From: a virus
Length of the DNA stretch: 64,000 nt
Reading direction: 5' to 3' (one strand)
IMG/VR virus record: IMGVR_UViG_3300025467_000009
Location: 68,936-132,935 of that record
The notes under the pieces are model-generated. The model was given only the letters and a program-made list of their open reading frames with translations. It made no database searches and had not been told where the DNA came from. Shown piece by piece: positions 49,103 through 57,153 of the stretch; the stretch's first letter is position 1; each line of letters opens with the position of its first letter. Both the position numbers and the translations under genes were made by a program.

Positions 49103-49804
49103 ATGAACTTCGCAGAACGTTTTATCTATGACCACTTAAATGTTCGTCAAGCAGGTGTACTTGAATTTGCAGGACCATGCACTGGTAAAGGGTGCGATAC
49201 CTGTATGCACTTCAATGAAAAGATTTCTGAATTAACTCAATCAAGTGAAACTAAAAAACCAAAGCCAAGTCAACTTGCAAAAGCAAAGCAACTAAGAAGT
49301 TTAAAAAAGAAACACAGAAGTGCTAGGACTGCTAGTAATTTAAGAAACTGCCCTTTTTGTGAAGGTTTTCATCCTATAACTGCTGCAGAATATTCTCTTG
49401 GAGATGAATCTAGGAGAGGGCTTCCAAGACCTACTATGAAGGTTGAAGATGGTGTTTCTAAAAGAGTAATAGATGAAAATTGGCCTGCTAAAGGAATGAC
49501 GCATAAAAGAGTACCAATTCCTTTTGGGGATGTTCCAGGTGAGGATGGTCCCGAAACTGCCCGGAGTGGACCAAATGATAATCCAGAAGGAAAAGATGAA
49601 TGTAGATGGTGCGGTGGGTTTATTACAGATCCTGGAGAGGCTGTAACTAAATGGAAAGAGACCAATGAATTATTTCATCCAGGGTGCCTTCGTTCATTAA
49701 GGACTTTCTGTAGTGGTGCTAGAAGAGCACCTGAAGATACATTTGAATCTGGTCCTTATAGTGAACTAAGAAAAAATGCAGAAGAAGAAACTGGTCTTTC
49801 ATAA
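49103..49804 (+). CDS. Cys-rich hypothetical protein
   Basis: CTGKGCDTC motif shared with 46153..46785; several CxxC. Confidence 0.55.
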   Translation: MNFAERFIYDHLNVRQAGVLEFAGPCTGKGCDTCMHFNEKISELTQSSETKKPKPSQLAKAKQLRSLKKKHRSARTASNLRNCPFCEGFHPITAAEYSLGDESRRGLPRPTMKVEDGVSKRVIDENWPAKGMTHKRVPIPFGDVPGEDGPETARSGPNDNPEGKDECRWCGGFITDPGEAVTKWKETNELFHPGCLRSLRTFCSGARRAPEDTFESGPYSELRKNAEEETGLS

Positions 49805-51807
49805 TGGCAACAGGCGGAACTAGTAGGGTATCTAAAAAGGGTAATGACAATATCCTTAAGACCCAAAGTGACTTCTTTGAAATTGCTAAACAAGCACTTC
49901 AAACTACACCAGAGATTCCAGACATTGTTACTTTTGCTGAACACCCAAACTTTCTAGGTCGCAAACTTTATCCAAGACAACAAACTCTTTTAAGATTGAT
50001 TAATCTTGAAACAGAACACATGACTGACTATGACCGTGAAGTCATTGATGAATGGTCTAAAAACTTTGATAAAAGTGGTGTTTCAATTGGTGTTTGCCCA
50101 GACATTTGGGATAGGGTAGAGTATCTAAAAGCAAACGGGTACAGTCACTTTCGTGAAGTAGTAAACATCACTGGTCGCCGTGGTGGTAAAGGTCACATCG
50201 GTGGAATCCAAGGTGCATATCTTAACTGGAAACTTTTGATGCTTGATGACCCACAGTGGTATTATGGTATTGATAAGTCAAAAGATATTTATCTTTTTAC
50301 TGTTGCAACCAATATTGAACAGGCAAAGAAATATCAGTTTGCAGACCTTGCTAACACTATCCTTGATGCTCCATGCTTTCAACCATATGTTGCAACTGCT
50401 AATGAATACTTTGTTGCATTAAGAACTGCTAGTGATATTAGAAGAATTGCTGCTTTTGAAGCAAGAGGCATTCGACCAAACCGTTTGATTGCATCTGTTC
50501 GTAATATGGCAGTAACTTCCAACAGTAAATCAAGTCGTGGTGCTGCTGCTTTCTGTGTAATGTTTGACGAGTTTGCCCACATGCTTGTAGGAACTTCAGG
50601 ACCAAGAACATCTGATGAAGTTTACAATGCTATCACACCTGCACTTGACCAGTTCCAAAAAGACGGTTTTATTTATATCCCAACATCTCCTTTTACAAAA
50701 GTTGGAAAGTGTTTTGAACTCTATCAAAATGCACTCCAATCTAATGAAGATGGAACACCTGCATTTCCTGACATGATGATGTGTCAGTTGCCTTCATGGG
50801 GTCCATATGAAGATTGGGATGACCCAAGTGCCACCGGTGGATTCCAATTTAGAAGTGCTCCTCAGACATATGATGAGGGTATGAAGCGTTTGGAAAAGCG
50901 TGAACCTGATTCCTTTAAGGTTGAGCGTCTTTCCCAATGGGCAGAAGTTACTGACGCATATCTTAATCCAAAAACTGTTGAAAGAATGTTTGAGCCTTTC
51001 ATTGATGCAACTGGTGAACTTCGTGAACTTTACCAGATTAATCAAGGTACAATGGGATTCATTTACCGTGGTCACTGTGACCCTTCAAAATCTAATGCCA
51101 ATACAGCCGCTATGATTTGCCACGTTGAACCAATTCCAGATCCAGAAGATGGAGAAATTTGGTTCCATGTTATTGTTGACTGGATTAAAGTTTGGGACCC
51201 ACAAAACTATGATGAACACCAAATTGACTATGAAGAGATTGAAGAAGAACTTGTAGAAACAATTTCTAGATTCAATACACTAAAAGTATTCTCATTTGAC
51301 CAATACGGTGCTTTTGTTACACTTCCACGTTTGAAGAAGCGCCTAAAGCAAATTGGTCACAAAGCACAAGTTCGTGAAGAACAGTTCCAAGACAGAAGTA
51401 ATGACAAAAGAGCAGAACGCTTTAAGTCAGCACTTGGACAGAATTGGGTCCACAGTTTCAAAGATATCTATGGTCCTGATGGAACATGTCTACTTGAACA
51501 GGAATTGAAGTTCCTTCAAGAAATAAATGGACGTGTAAAGAAGCAAGATTTTGGTCCTATTCAAACAAAAGACCTTGCAGACTGTTTGATGGTTTGTGTT
51601 GACCAACTATTGGAAGATAACTTCATTAAGTTGGAGATGAGAGATAAACTTTCTGGAACAGATCTTGGTATTGGTGCACAAGGTGGATACCACACAGGAA
51701 GAGCACCTTCCTTTTCTCAATTGTCTGCAAGAGAAAAACTTTCTCGTTTTTCAGGTTCTAGAAATTCAAATCCATATAATGGTATGAGTCACAGGAGAGG
51801 TCGTTAA
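49804..51807 (+). CDS. terL: Terminase large subunit
   Basis: LYPRQ, GRRGGKG Walker A, MFDEFAH Walker B, TSP coupling motif, HCDPS nuclease Asp, FDQY, KDLAD. Confidence 0.9.
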   Translation: MATGGTSRVSKKGNDNILKTQSDFFEIAKQALQTTPEIPDIVTFAEHPNFLGRKLYPRQQTLLRLINLETEHMTDYDREVIDEWSKNFDKSGVSIGVCPDIWDRVEYLKANGYSHFREVVNITGRRGGKGHIGGIQGAYLNWKLLMLDDPQWYYGIDKSKDIYLFTVATNIEQAKKYQFADLANTILDAPCFQPYVATANEYFVALRTASDIRRIAAFEARGIRPNRLIASVRNMAVTSNSKSSRGAAAFCVMFDEFAHMLVGTSGPRTSDEVYNAITPALDQFQKDGFIYIPTSPFTKVGKCFELYQNALQSNEDGTPAFPDMMMCQLPSWGPYEDWDDPSATGGFQFRSAPQTYDEGMKRLEKREPDSFKVERLSQWAEVTDAYLNPKTVERMFEPFIDATGELRELYQINQGTMGFIYRGHCDPSKSNANTAAMICHVEPIPDPEDGEIWFHVIVDWIKVWDPQNYDEHQIDYEEIEEELVETISRFNTLKVFSFDQYGAFVTLPRLKKRLKQIGHKAQVREEQFQDRSNDKRAERFKSALGQNWVHSFKDIYGPDGTCLLEQELKFLQEINGRVKKQDFGPIQTKDLADCLMVCVDQLLEDNFIKLEMRDKLSGTDLGIGAQGGYHTGRAPSFSQLSAREKLSRFSGSRNSNPYNGMSHRRGR

Positions 51808-52316
51808 TGGATAAGAAACAAGTTGGTATTGGCATCGGACCAAAAATTAAACCATCTGAACAAAAAAGAACTCCTGAAGAAGAGCATGACCTTCTTTACT
51901 CACGTTACATGGGCCTTAATGCTTTTAGAAACATGAAAAGAAGAACACCAAGCACGCCTGAACTTGAATCTGCTATGAAAGAAAAAGGTGTAGGCGGACT
52001 GGGTAAAGTTCAAACTAGATCTGAAGATGCAATGTTTCTTCAAGGAAATTGTTATGGTGATGAAAAAGCCAGAGAACAAGCATTTAGTCCTGACAAAGAT
52101 GAACGTCAAGAGTTTATTAACAACAAATGTTCTACTTGCCCTATAAAGGGTGGATGTTTGAATTATGCACTAGAACACCCAAATGAGTCATTGGGAAGTC
52201 AAGGTGTATGGGGTGGTACACATCCAGAAGAACGTGCAGGTTACAGAAGGTCCTTACAAGAGGGGGATATAAATCCCTTAGATTCCCATTGGTTCCCCAA
52301 GTATCAGGAACCTTAG
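51807..52316 (+). CDS. whiB: WhiB-family protein with N-terminal extension
   Basis: GNC...AF.P...CSTCPIKGGCLNYAL...GVWGGTHPEER. Confidence 0.8.
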   Translation: MDKKQVGIGIGPKIKPSEQKRTPEEEHDLLYSRYMGLNAFRNMKRRTPSTPELESAMKEKGVGGLGKVQTRSEDAMFLQGNCYGDEKAREQAFSPDKDERQEFINNKCSTCPIKGGCLNYALEHPNESLGSQGVWGGTHPEERAGYRRSLQEGDINPLDSHWFPKYQEP

Positions 52317-52329
52317 TCAAACCTTACTT

Positions 52330-52608
52330 TTATTCCTCAACCATTTTGTCTAGGAAAGAACCTAATACTTCTTTACTTGCGGTTAGTTGGTTGTTACTAG
52401 ATTCAAGAACACCGACAAGGCCTTGTTCTTCTTCTAACTGAGCAAGGACTTCGTAAACGGGTCGGTTTAACAATTCGGATAGTTTTCGTAGTGCTGAACC
52501 TAGTACTAATGGATAATACCCTAGCATTTGTTCTAGTGAGTCTAAGATACTTTCACTAGAAATGATTGCACTCTCGTTAAGCATGTCATCTTCAAACTCA
52601 ATACTCAC
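52330..52608 (-). CDS. Hypothetical protein
   Basis: ORF convergent with the + strand block; downstream of a minus-strand promoter. Confidence 0.5.
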   Translation of the reverse strand: MSIEFEDDMLNESAIISSESILDSLEQMLGYYPLVLGSALRKLSELLNRPVYEVLAQLEEEQGLVGVLESSNNQLTASKEVLGSFLDKMVEE

Positions 52609-52700
52609 TTTGAAAGCCCCTTAAGTTCCTTGCCTACAAAATAAACAACGGCACAGATGAATAGAAACTGCATAACAACTCCTTACTTGATTTATCAAGT

Positions 52701-52729
52701 ATTATAATTACTTATGCAACAGAAATCAA
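52701..52729 (-). promoter_or_regulatory. SigA-type promoter
   Basis: TTGATT-N17-TATAAT on minus strand. Confidence 0.65.
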
Positions 52730-52757
52730 CCAGTACTAATAAAATAACTTGTATAAT

Positions 52758-52823
52758 GGCCAGTAATTTTTAGAACCTAAAAAAGGGTCTGGGGCCAGTA
52801 ATTTTTTGAACCCCAAAAAAAGG
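52758..52823. repeat. Imperfect tandem direct repeat (2 x ~30 bp)
   Basis: GGCCAGTAATTTTTAGAACCTAAAAAAGG and GGCCAGTAATTTTTTGAACCCCAAAAAAAGG. Confidence 0.7.
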
Positions 52824-52844
52824 CCCTCCCCGAAGGGAGAGCCC
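52815..52844 (-). terminator. Intrinsic terminator of the minus-strand transcript
   Basis: GGGCTCTCCC-TTCG-GGGAGGGCCT followed by U-tract. Confidence 0.85.
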
Positions 52845-52846
52845 AA

Positions 52847-52936
52847 TGGTGGATACGAGAGGGTTCGAACCTCTATACAATGTTAGTGGAGTCCTGTGTA
52901 AGGGAATTGTGTTTTTCCAACTTAAACTACGTATCC
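52847..52936 (-). tRNA. tRNA-like RNA with expanded/aberrant anticodon arm (possibly Val(UAC)-derived)
   Basis: GGATACG/CGTATCC acceptor, GTTT/AAAC D stem with GG, AGAGG-TTCGAAC-CCTCT T arm, A73 + CCA; ACAAT/ATTGT stem encloses 24 nt containing CTTACAC. Confidence 0.65.
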
Positions 52937-52940
52937 TAGC

Positions 52941-52966
52941 AGGCAGTTTTAGACATACCCAGGTCT
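52941..52966 (-). ncRNA. Compact H-type pseudoknot motif, copy 2
   Basis: AGAC-CTGGGTAT-GTCT-AAAAC-TGCCT. Confidence 0.5.
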
Positions 52967-52970
52967 TATC

Positions 52971-53372
52971 TTACCACCAACTGTCGTAGTAGATTTCCAT
53001 GTCTTGACCGATTGCCTTCATGGCATCATCAATAAACTTAAGGTCATCATCTATATCCTCTGGTCTACTTTCACCAAAGAAAAAACCTGTTGTTACTGGT
53101 AGTTCTTTACTTACTACAATTTCTTTTAATCTCATCAAATCTTGAAACGATACTCTAACTGGTGTACAGTTAAAAGTACCTTCACCACCCTTACTTTCAT
53201 ACAATTCTTCCATCCAACCCTGAAGGTCTGGGTGCTTACGCCATTGAGCAATAATAAACATACTTTGTTCATGTTCCTCTTGCTTAACTTTCCCAGAATC
53301 ATTCCAATAAATGTAAGTATCTGTATTTTCTGGGTGTGGCATTACTGCAAATGCGTATTGGTCTAACCCCAT
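52971..53372 (-). CDS. Conserved phage hypothetical protein
   Basis: MGLDQY...WRKHPDLQGWM...FNC..V...LP.TTGFFFG...YYDSWW pattern common in phages. Confidence 0.7.
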   Translation of the reverse strand: MGLDQYAFAVMPHPENTDTYIYWNDSGKVKQEEHEQSMFIIAQWRKHPDLQGWMEELYESKGGEGTFNCTPVRVSFQDLMRLKEIVVSKELPVTTGFFFGESRPEDIDDDLKFIDDAMKAIGQDMEIYYDSWW

Positions 53373-53538
53373 ACTTACTCCTTTGTATTATCTCTAATTG
53401 ATGCTACTATACGTAATGCTTCTGCAAACCCTTGAGCAAATCCATTCTCAAAATCATCTTGCCTTGCCATTGCTAACTTAGTGTGATGACGAGTTTCATT
53501 ACTAAGACGAAAGTATGCTTCATCTAACTTCTTACCCA

Positions 53539-53838
53539 TTACTGTTCTCCTTCTTTATTTAGATTATTAAGTGCCCAGGCAAGCCTTTCTTGCTCATCCA
53601 TACCGCCCCACCAACCAACCTCCATGTTACGGATGGCTTCAAGACGGCATGTATTAAGAACAGGACAATCTGTGCAAATTCTAACAAGTTTTTCTCTTAT
53701 TTTATTTCCTGGAAGTTCTGAACCATAGACAAAATCATTAACATCTTTATCTCTACAGTTAGCAAAATCAAACCAACCAGACCTTGCAGGCTTAATTTTA
53801 TCTGCAATTCTTTTTATCTTTACTTTACTGGTAGCCAA
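53539..53838 (-). CDS. whiB: WhiB-family protein
   Basis: W..FANC...F...ICTDCPV...C..EA...GWWGGMDEQER. Confidence 0.85.
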   Translation of the reverse strand: MATSKVKIKRIADKIKPARSGWFDFANCRDKDVNDFVYGSELPGNKIREKLVRICTDCPVLNTCRLEAIRNMEVGWWGGMDEQERLAWALNNLNKEGEQ

Positions 53839-53839
53839 A

Positions 53840-54523
53840 CTATCCCTTTCCTACTTTTGGTTGACCAAGGTCTACTGAACTAGCACTTGAAACACCTGAC
53901 TCGTAACCTTGTCTGTCTTTCAAAGTTCTACTTGAAATTTTTATTCTATCAACAGATTCCCAAAATTCAAGTATTGAATGTTCTTTCTTTCTTAAAGCAA
54001 GAGCAAAATTGTCATTGCCATTAAAAATAGATTCTTGTTCAATTTGAAACTTTTTTGCTTCTCTTAATCTTTTACTTATTGTTGCTGCATACCCACCAAA
54101 AAAACTTTTCTTCCAAGAAGTTGTTGCTCCATTACTAGGTATATTCATTGCTGCCTTACTAAACATGTCTATAACCAAATAGTTATACATGACTAGAGTT
54201 AATTCTATGTCACTTTCATAACCATAGATAATAGCATAGTTAGAACCTCTGAGTACACGACAAAAGTTTTGCCTAGCAATAGAACCAAGCAATACACTCT
54301 TATCAATTACATAAGGCGGAACAATCTCAACCTTTCGGTTAGAAATTACTTCATCCTTACTCCTACCAAATAGATCTGTTTCTTCTACTTGATACTTTGT
54401 CATTAACTCTTGAGCTTTTTGTTGAAAGGCTTTTGCTTCTTCAACATACATTGTGCTGTTTGCTTTCTGAAGTAAACCTTCAACTTTTCTGATTACATCT
54501 TTGAGTTTCTGGTTACCCATCAA
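53840..54523 (-). CDS. DUF2786-domain protein
   Basis: KVEGLLQKANST...EEAKAF..KAQELMTKY; YGYESD; SFFGGY...I..RL. Confidence 0.8.
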   Translation of the reverse strand: MMGNQKLKDVIRKVEGLLQKANSTMYVEEAKAFQQKAQELMTKYQVEETDLFGRSKDEVISNRKVEIVPPYVIDKSVLLGSIARQNFCRVLRGSNYAIIYGYESDIELTLVMYNYLVIDMFSKAAMNIPSNGATTSWKKSFFGGYAATISKRLREAKKFQIEQESIFNGNDNFALALRKKEHSILEFWESVDRIKISSRTLKDRQGYESGVSSASSVDLGQPKVGKG

Positions 54524-54537
54524 TCTCCTTTCAACCT

Positions 54538-54591
54538 ATCTCATCAGTATGAAGTTAGTTATTCTTCATAGACGCCCGAAGGCGTTTCGAC
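54538..54591 (-). ncRNA. Type II hammerhead ribozyme HHR-1
   Basis: GTC-GAAA-CGCC-TTCG-GGCG-TC|TATGAAG-loop-CTTCATA-CTGATGA-GAT; predicted cleavage between 54571 and 54570. Confidence 0.9.
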
Positions 54592-54606
54592 TTATTATAA
54601 TTCCTA

Positions 54607-54795
54607 CTACCATCTACTATCTAATCTTGCCTCATAAGCAATCTCTGCACGTTCAATGTCATAATCGTCTACTTCATCATAGTCATCTGGTTCTGGATCT
54701 GGGTCAAGTTCATCATTTATTTCATCTGGATCATAATCTCTTTCATCATAACCACAAGAACCACCACAACCTGGCCAGTTACAACTAGCACACAT
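54607..54795 (-). CDS. Small acidic protein
   Basis: RBS AAGGAG; D/E-rich. Confidence 0.5.
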   Translation of the reverse strand: MCASCNWPGCGGSCGYDERDYDPDEINDELDPDPEPDDYDEVDDYDIERAEIAYEARLDSRW

Positions 54796-54805
54796 ACTTT
54801 CTCCT

Positions 54806-55024
54806 TTACTTAAAAGTTATTTTGAACCTTAACTTAAATGGTTTTGATTTTTTTACTTTAGCAATTTTTGGTAACTTAACAATACTAGATGTACTTGGTA
54901 CCTTAAATGCTTTTGTAGCACTAGCACTTATTTGTTTCTTTCTAGTTGCACTCAAAGTTTTAGTTGCTGGTTTTCTACTAGGCTTTGGTGCAATCCTGTA
55001 TGGCTTCTTATTTCTAGTTGCCAT
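54806..55024 (-). CDS. Small basic protein
   Basis: K/R-rich ORF with RBS. Confidence 0.5.
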   Translation of the reverse strand: MATRNKKPYRIAPKPSRKPATKTLSATRKKQISASATKAFKVPSTSSIVKLPKIAKVKKSKPFKLRFKITFK

Positions 55025-55230
55025 TATTCTTCTCCTATCATAGGTTGACCATATTCTTCTTCAAAGGCAAGTCTTACTAGTGGGTCATAACTAGCAATCT
55101 CTTTTTCTACTTCTGAAAACATATCTTGTACTGCTTCATCAAGGCAACATCTTAGATAGTTAACTTGTTCATCAGTCCAACCGATGACCATTTGTTCACT
55201 AATCCAACCTTCCCAGACGTAATCATCCAT
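55024..55230 (-). CDS. Hypothetical protein
   Basis: Translationally coupled ORF. Confidence 0.5.
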   Translation of the reverse strand: MDDYVWEGWISEQMVIGWTDEQVNYLRCCLDEAVQDMFSEVEKEIASYDPLVRLAFEEEYGQPMIGEE

Positions 55231-55643
55231 TAGATGACAACTCCTGAATACTTAAATACGAACTCTTCGTAAGCAATAGGTTCTTGTGACCATTCCCAAA
55301 CAACGTCTTCTGAATTGTAATTTTCCCAGTCAACATTGTCATAGTTAATTTGTTGAATACCAACAGTTTTATCTAAGTGGTTAACAACAACTAACTTCCA
55401 AGTATCACCGTGAAGTTCAAAACCAATACCAAATCCAATATCACTTAAAACTTCATCTTTAATCATTTCACTAAAAATAATTCTATTTAGGTACTCTTTG
55501 TCATTCCATCTTCCCCGACCTCTATCTAATGCATCAGAGACATAATTTTCTAATGAAGTTGCACCCCAATGTGTATAGAAATACAAATTAGGACTTTCTG
55601 CATTATCTGTACCAATAATTTTTACTTGACCACGGTCTCCCAT
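55230..55643 (-). CDS. Conserved phage hypothetical protein
   Basis: MGDRGQV...LY.YTHWG...AL.R..GRW.D..YL.RIIF..M; strong RBS. Confidence 0.7.
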   Translation of the reverse strand: MGDRGQVKIIGTDNAESPNLYFYTHWGATSLENYVSDALDRGRGRWNDKEYLNRIIFSEMIKDEVLSDIGFGIGFELHGDTWKLVVVNHLDKTVGIQQINYDNVDWENYNSEDVVWEWSQEPIAYEEFVFKYSGVVI

Positions 55644-55681
55644 GATACCTCCTCTTTTATTTATTTTAATGTCTCACGACA

Positions 55682-55731
55682 TAGTACCTAATTTAAGAAT
55701 CGAACTTAAATTAAATCCACCAGGATTAGGT
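55682..55731 (-). ncRNA. Anticodon-less mini tRNA-like element 1
   Basis: ACCTAAT-CCTGGTGGATTTAAT-TTAAG-TTCGATT-CTTAA-ATTAGGT-A-CTA. Confidence 0.65.
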
Positions 55732-56051
55732 TACTTACTTCTAATAAGATAATAATGGAAAACCAAAATAGTCATCCAGACCTTCTACTGTACCACATGG
55801 TGAGCAAATGTCAGTCTTATTATCAACTCTAGACAAGGCAGGGTGTCCTGTCCATTCTTCTTTACAACGAGGACATACAAATGTCTTTTTTGTCATAACT
55901 CTCCTTTAGTTAAAACCAAATTCTTCAAATACTGCTGCTCTAGCATCACTAAGTTCTGTATTTAGTTCTTCAAGCAATGTATTACTAATACCATTGTCTG
56001 TACCAAACCATTCTGTTAGTAATTCACGAGTTACCTCTTCCATTATTACTC

Positions 56052-56414
56052 CTATGCTTTATTGTGCAACTCATTGTGAAAATGAGAAGCAGGAATTATT
56101 ACCATGTCTAGGAATGACTGAGGAACTGAGGTACTGTAACCTTCACCATCTGCCATGCCTGTGATAACAACTGGACCAACAATGTATCCATTGTCTACTC
56201 CATGTTCTGCCTCCCAAAGTGCTTTAGCAAAGACATTTAATTCCATACCTAGAAGTAATCCTTCATCGTGGACCCAAAGGTCAAGGCCTAAGTTAGGAAG
56301 TGAGATACAATCAAATATTCCCCCAATTAGTTCTTTTAGTTTGTCTCCACATTCTTCAACTGGAAATTCAACAATATCCATCTTACCTTCTGGTGTTAGA
56401 TGTACTGCTTTCAT
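56052..56414 (-). CDS. DUF3846-like protein
   Basis: L.ELIGG.FD.I...DLWVHDEGL...LN..A...IVGPVVITG. Confidence 0.75.
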   Translation of the reverse strand: MKAVHLTPEGKMDIVEFPVEECGDKLKELIGGIFDCISLPNLGLDLWVHDEGLLLGMELNVFAKALWEAEHGVDNGYIVGPVVITGMADGEGYSTSVPQSFLDMVIIPASHFHNELHNKA

Positions 56415-56445
56415 ATTTTCTCCTTTGTTTTACCCTTAACGGGAG

Positions 56446-56488
56446 CACCCCATACAAGAATCGAACTTGTAAGAACACCATGTGGGGT
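56446..56488 (-). ncRNA. Anticodon-less mini tRNA-like element 2
   Basis: ACCCCA-CATGGTGTTCT-TACAAG-TTCGATT-CTTGTA-TGGGGT-G. Confidence 0.65.
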
Positions 56489-56741
56489 TACCTACTAAAA
56501 ACAAATGTCACAAGTGCAATGTTCCTTGCCACCAGATTCACATCTTAACTTAGCAAAATGAGGAGGCATTAAAGTTTCTCCTTTTTCTTTGCAATCTTGA
56601 CAATACTTACAACCATCAATAAATACAGACACTACTCAACCTCCTGAAGTGAATACTTTTCTTCACATTGTGAACACATCTCCATACCCTCATCTGTAAT
56701 TTCACCACATTCAAGGCATGACCAATTCATAATAAAACTCC

Positions 56742-57083
56742 TTACTTTTCTCTTAGTTCATTCAGATAATTTTCTGCTTGTGTAAATGACTCATCATCAT
56801 GAACACTAACAATTGCTTCTTGGAACTGCTCCATTGCAGACTCATCAGTAGAAATTATCGTTGCTATATCTTTGATTCTTTGCAGTGTTTCTGAATGACT
56901 ACTAGCATGCAAGTGATTAGTATCACCATATAGATGTTGCATCTCATGCCAAAGTACAGGCATTTGCTGCTCATCTGTAACAATAGCAACACCTTCTGCA
57001 CCATGCTTCTCAGCAATGTGCCTTAAGACATCTGTATAACTTAGCATTTCATAAACCCCAGTATATACTTCTTTGTCTTGCAT
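56742..57083 (-). CDS. Hypothetical protein
   Basis: Start reassigned to ATG 57083 (RBS AAGGAG); the longer track start lies inside HHR-2. Confidence 0.55.
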   Translation of the reverse strand: MQDKEVYTGVYEMLSYTDVLRHIAEKHGAEGVAIVTDEQQMPVLWHEMQHLYGDTNHLHASSHSETLQRIKDIATIISTDESAMEQFQEAIVSVHDDESFTQAENYLNELREK

Positions 57084-57100
57084 ACTTCTCCTTATTGTCT

Positions 57101-57153
57101 GTCTCTTCAGATTGGGTAGACTATCTCCCAATGACCCCTCCCGGGGTTTCGAC
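57101..57153 (-). ncRNA. Type II hammerhead ribozyme HHR-2
   Basis: GTC-GAAA-CCCC-GGGA-GGGG-TC|ATTGGG-loop(GTCT)-CCCAAT-CTGAAGA-GAC, 3' AGAC pseudoknot; cleavage 57133/57132. Confidence 0.9.

Noticed and set aside
35591-51807. Inteins or introns in dnaE, recA or terL
   Set aside because: Lengths are normal, motifs contiguous, no intein splice motifs or frame breaks seen.
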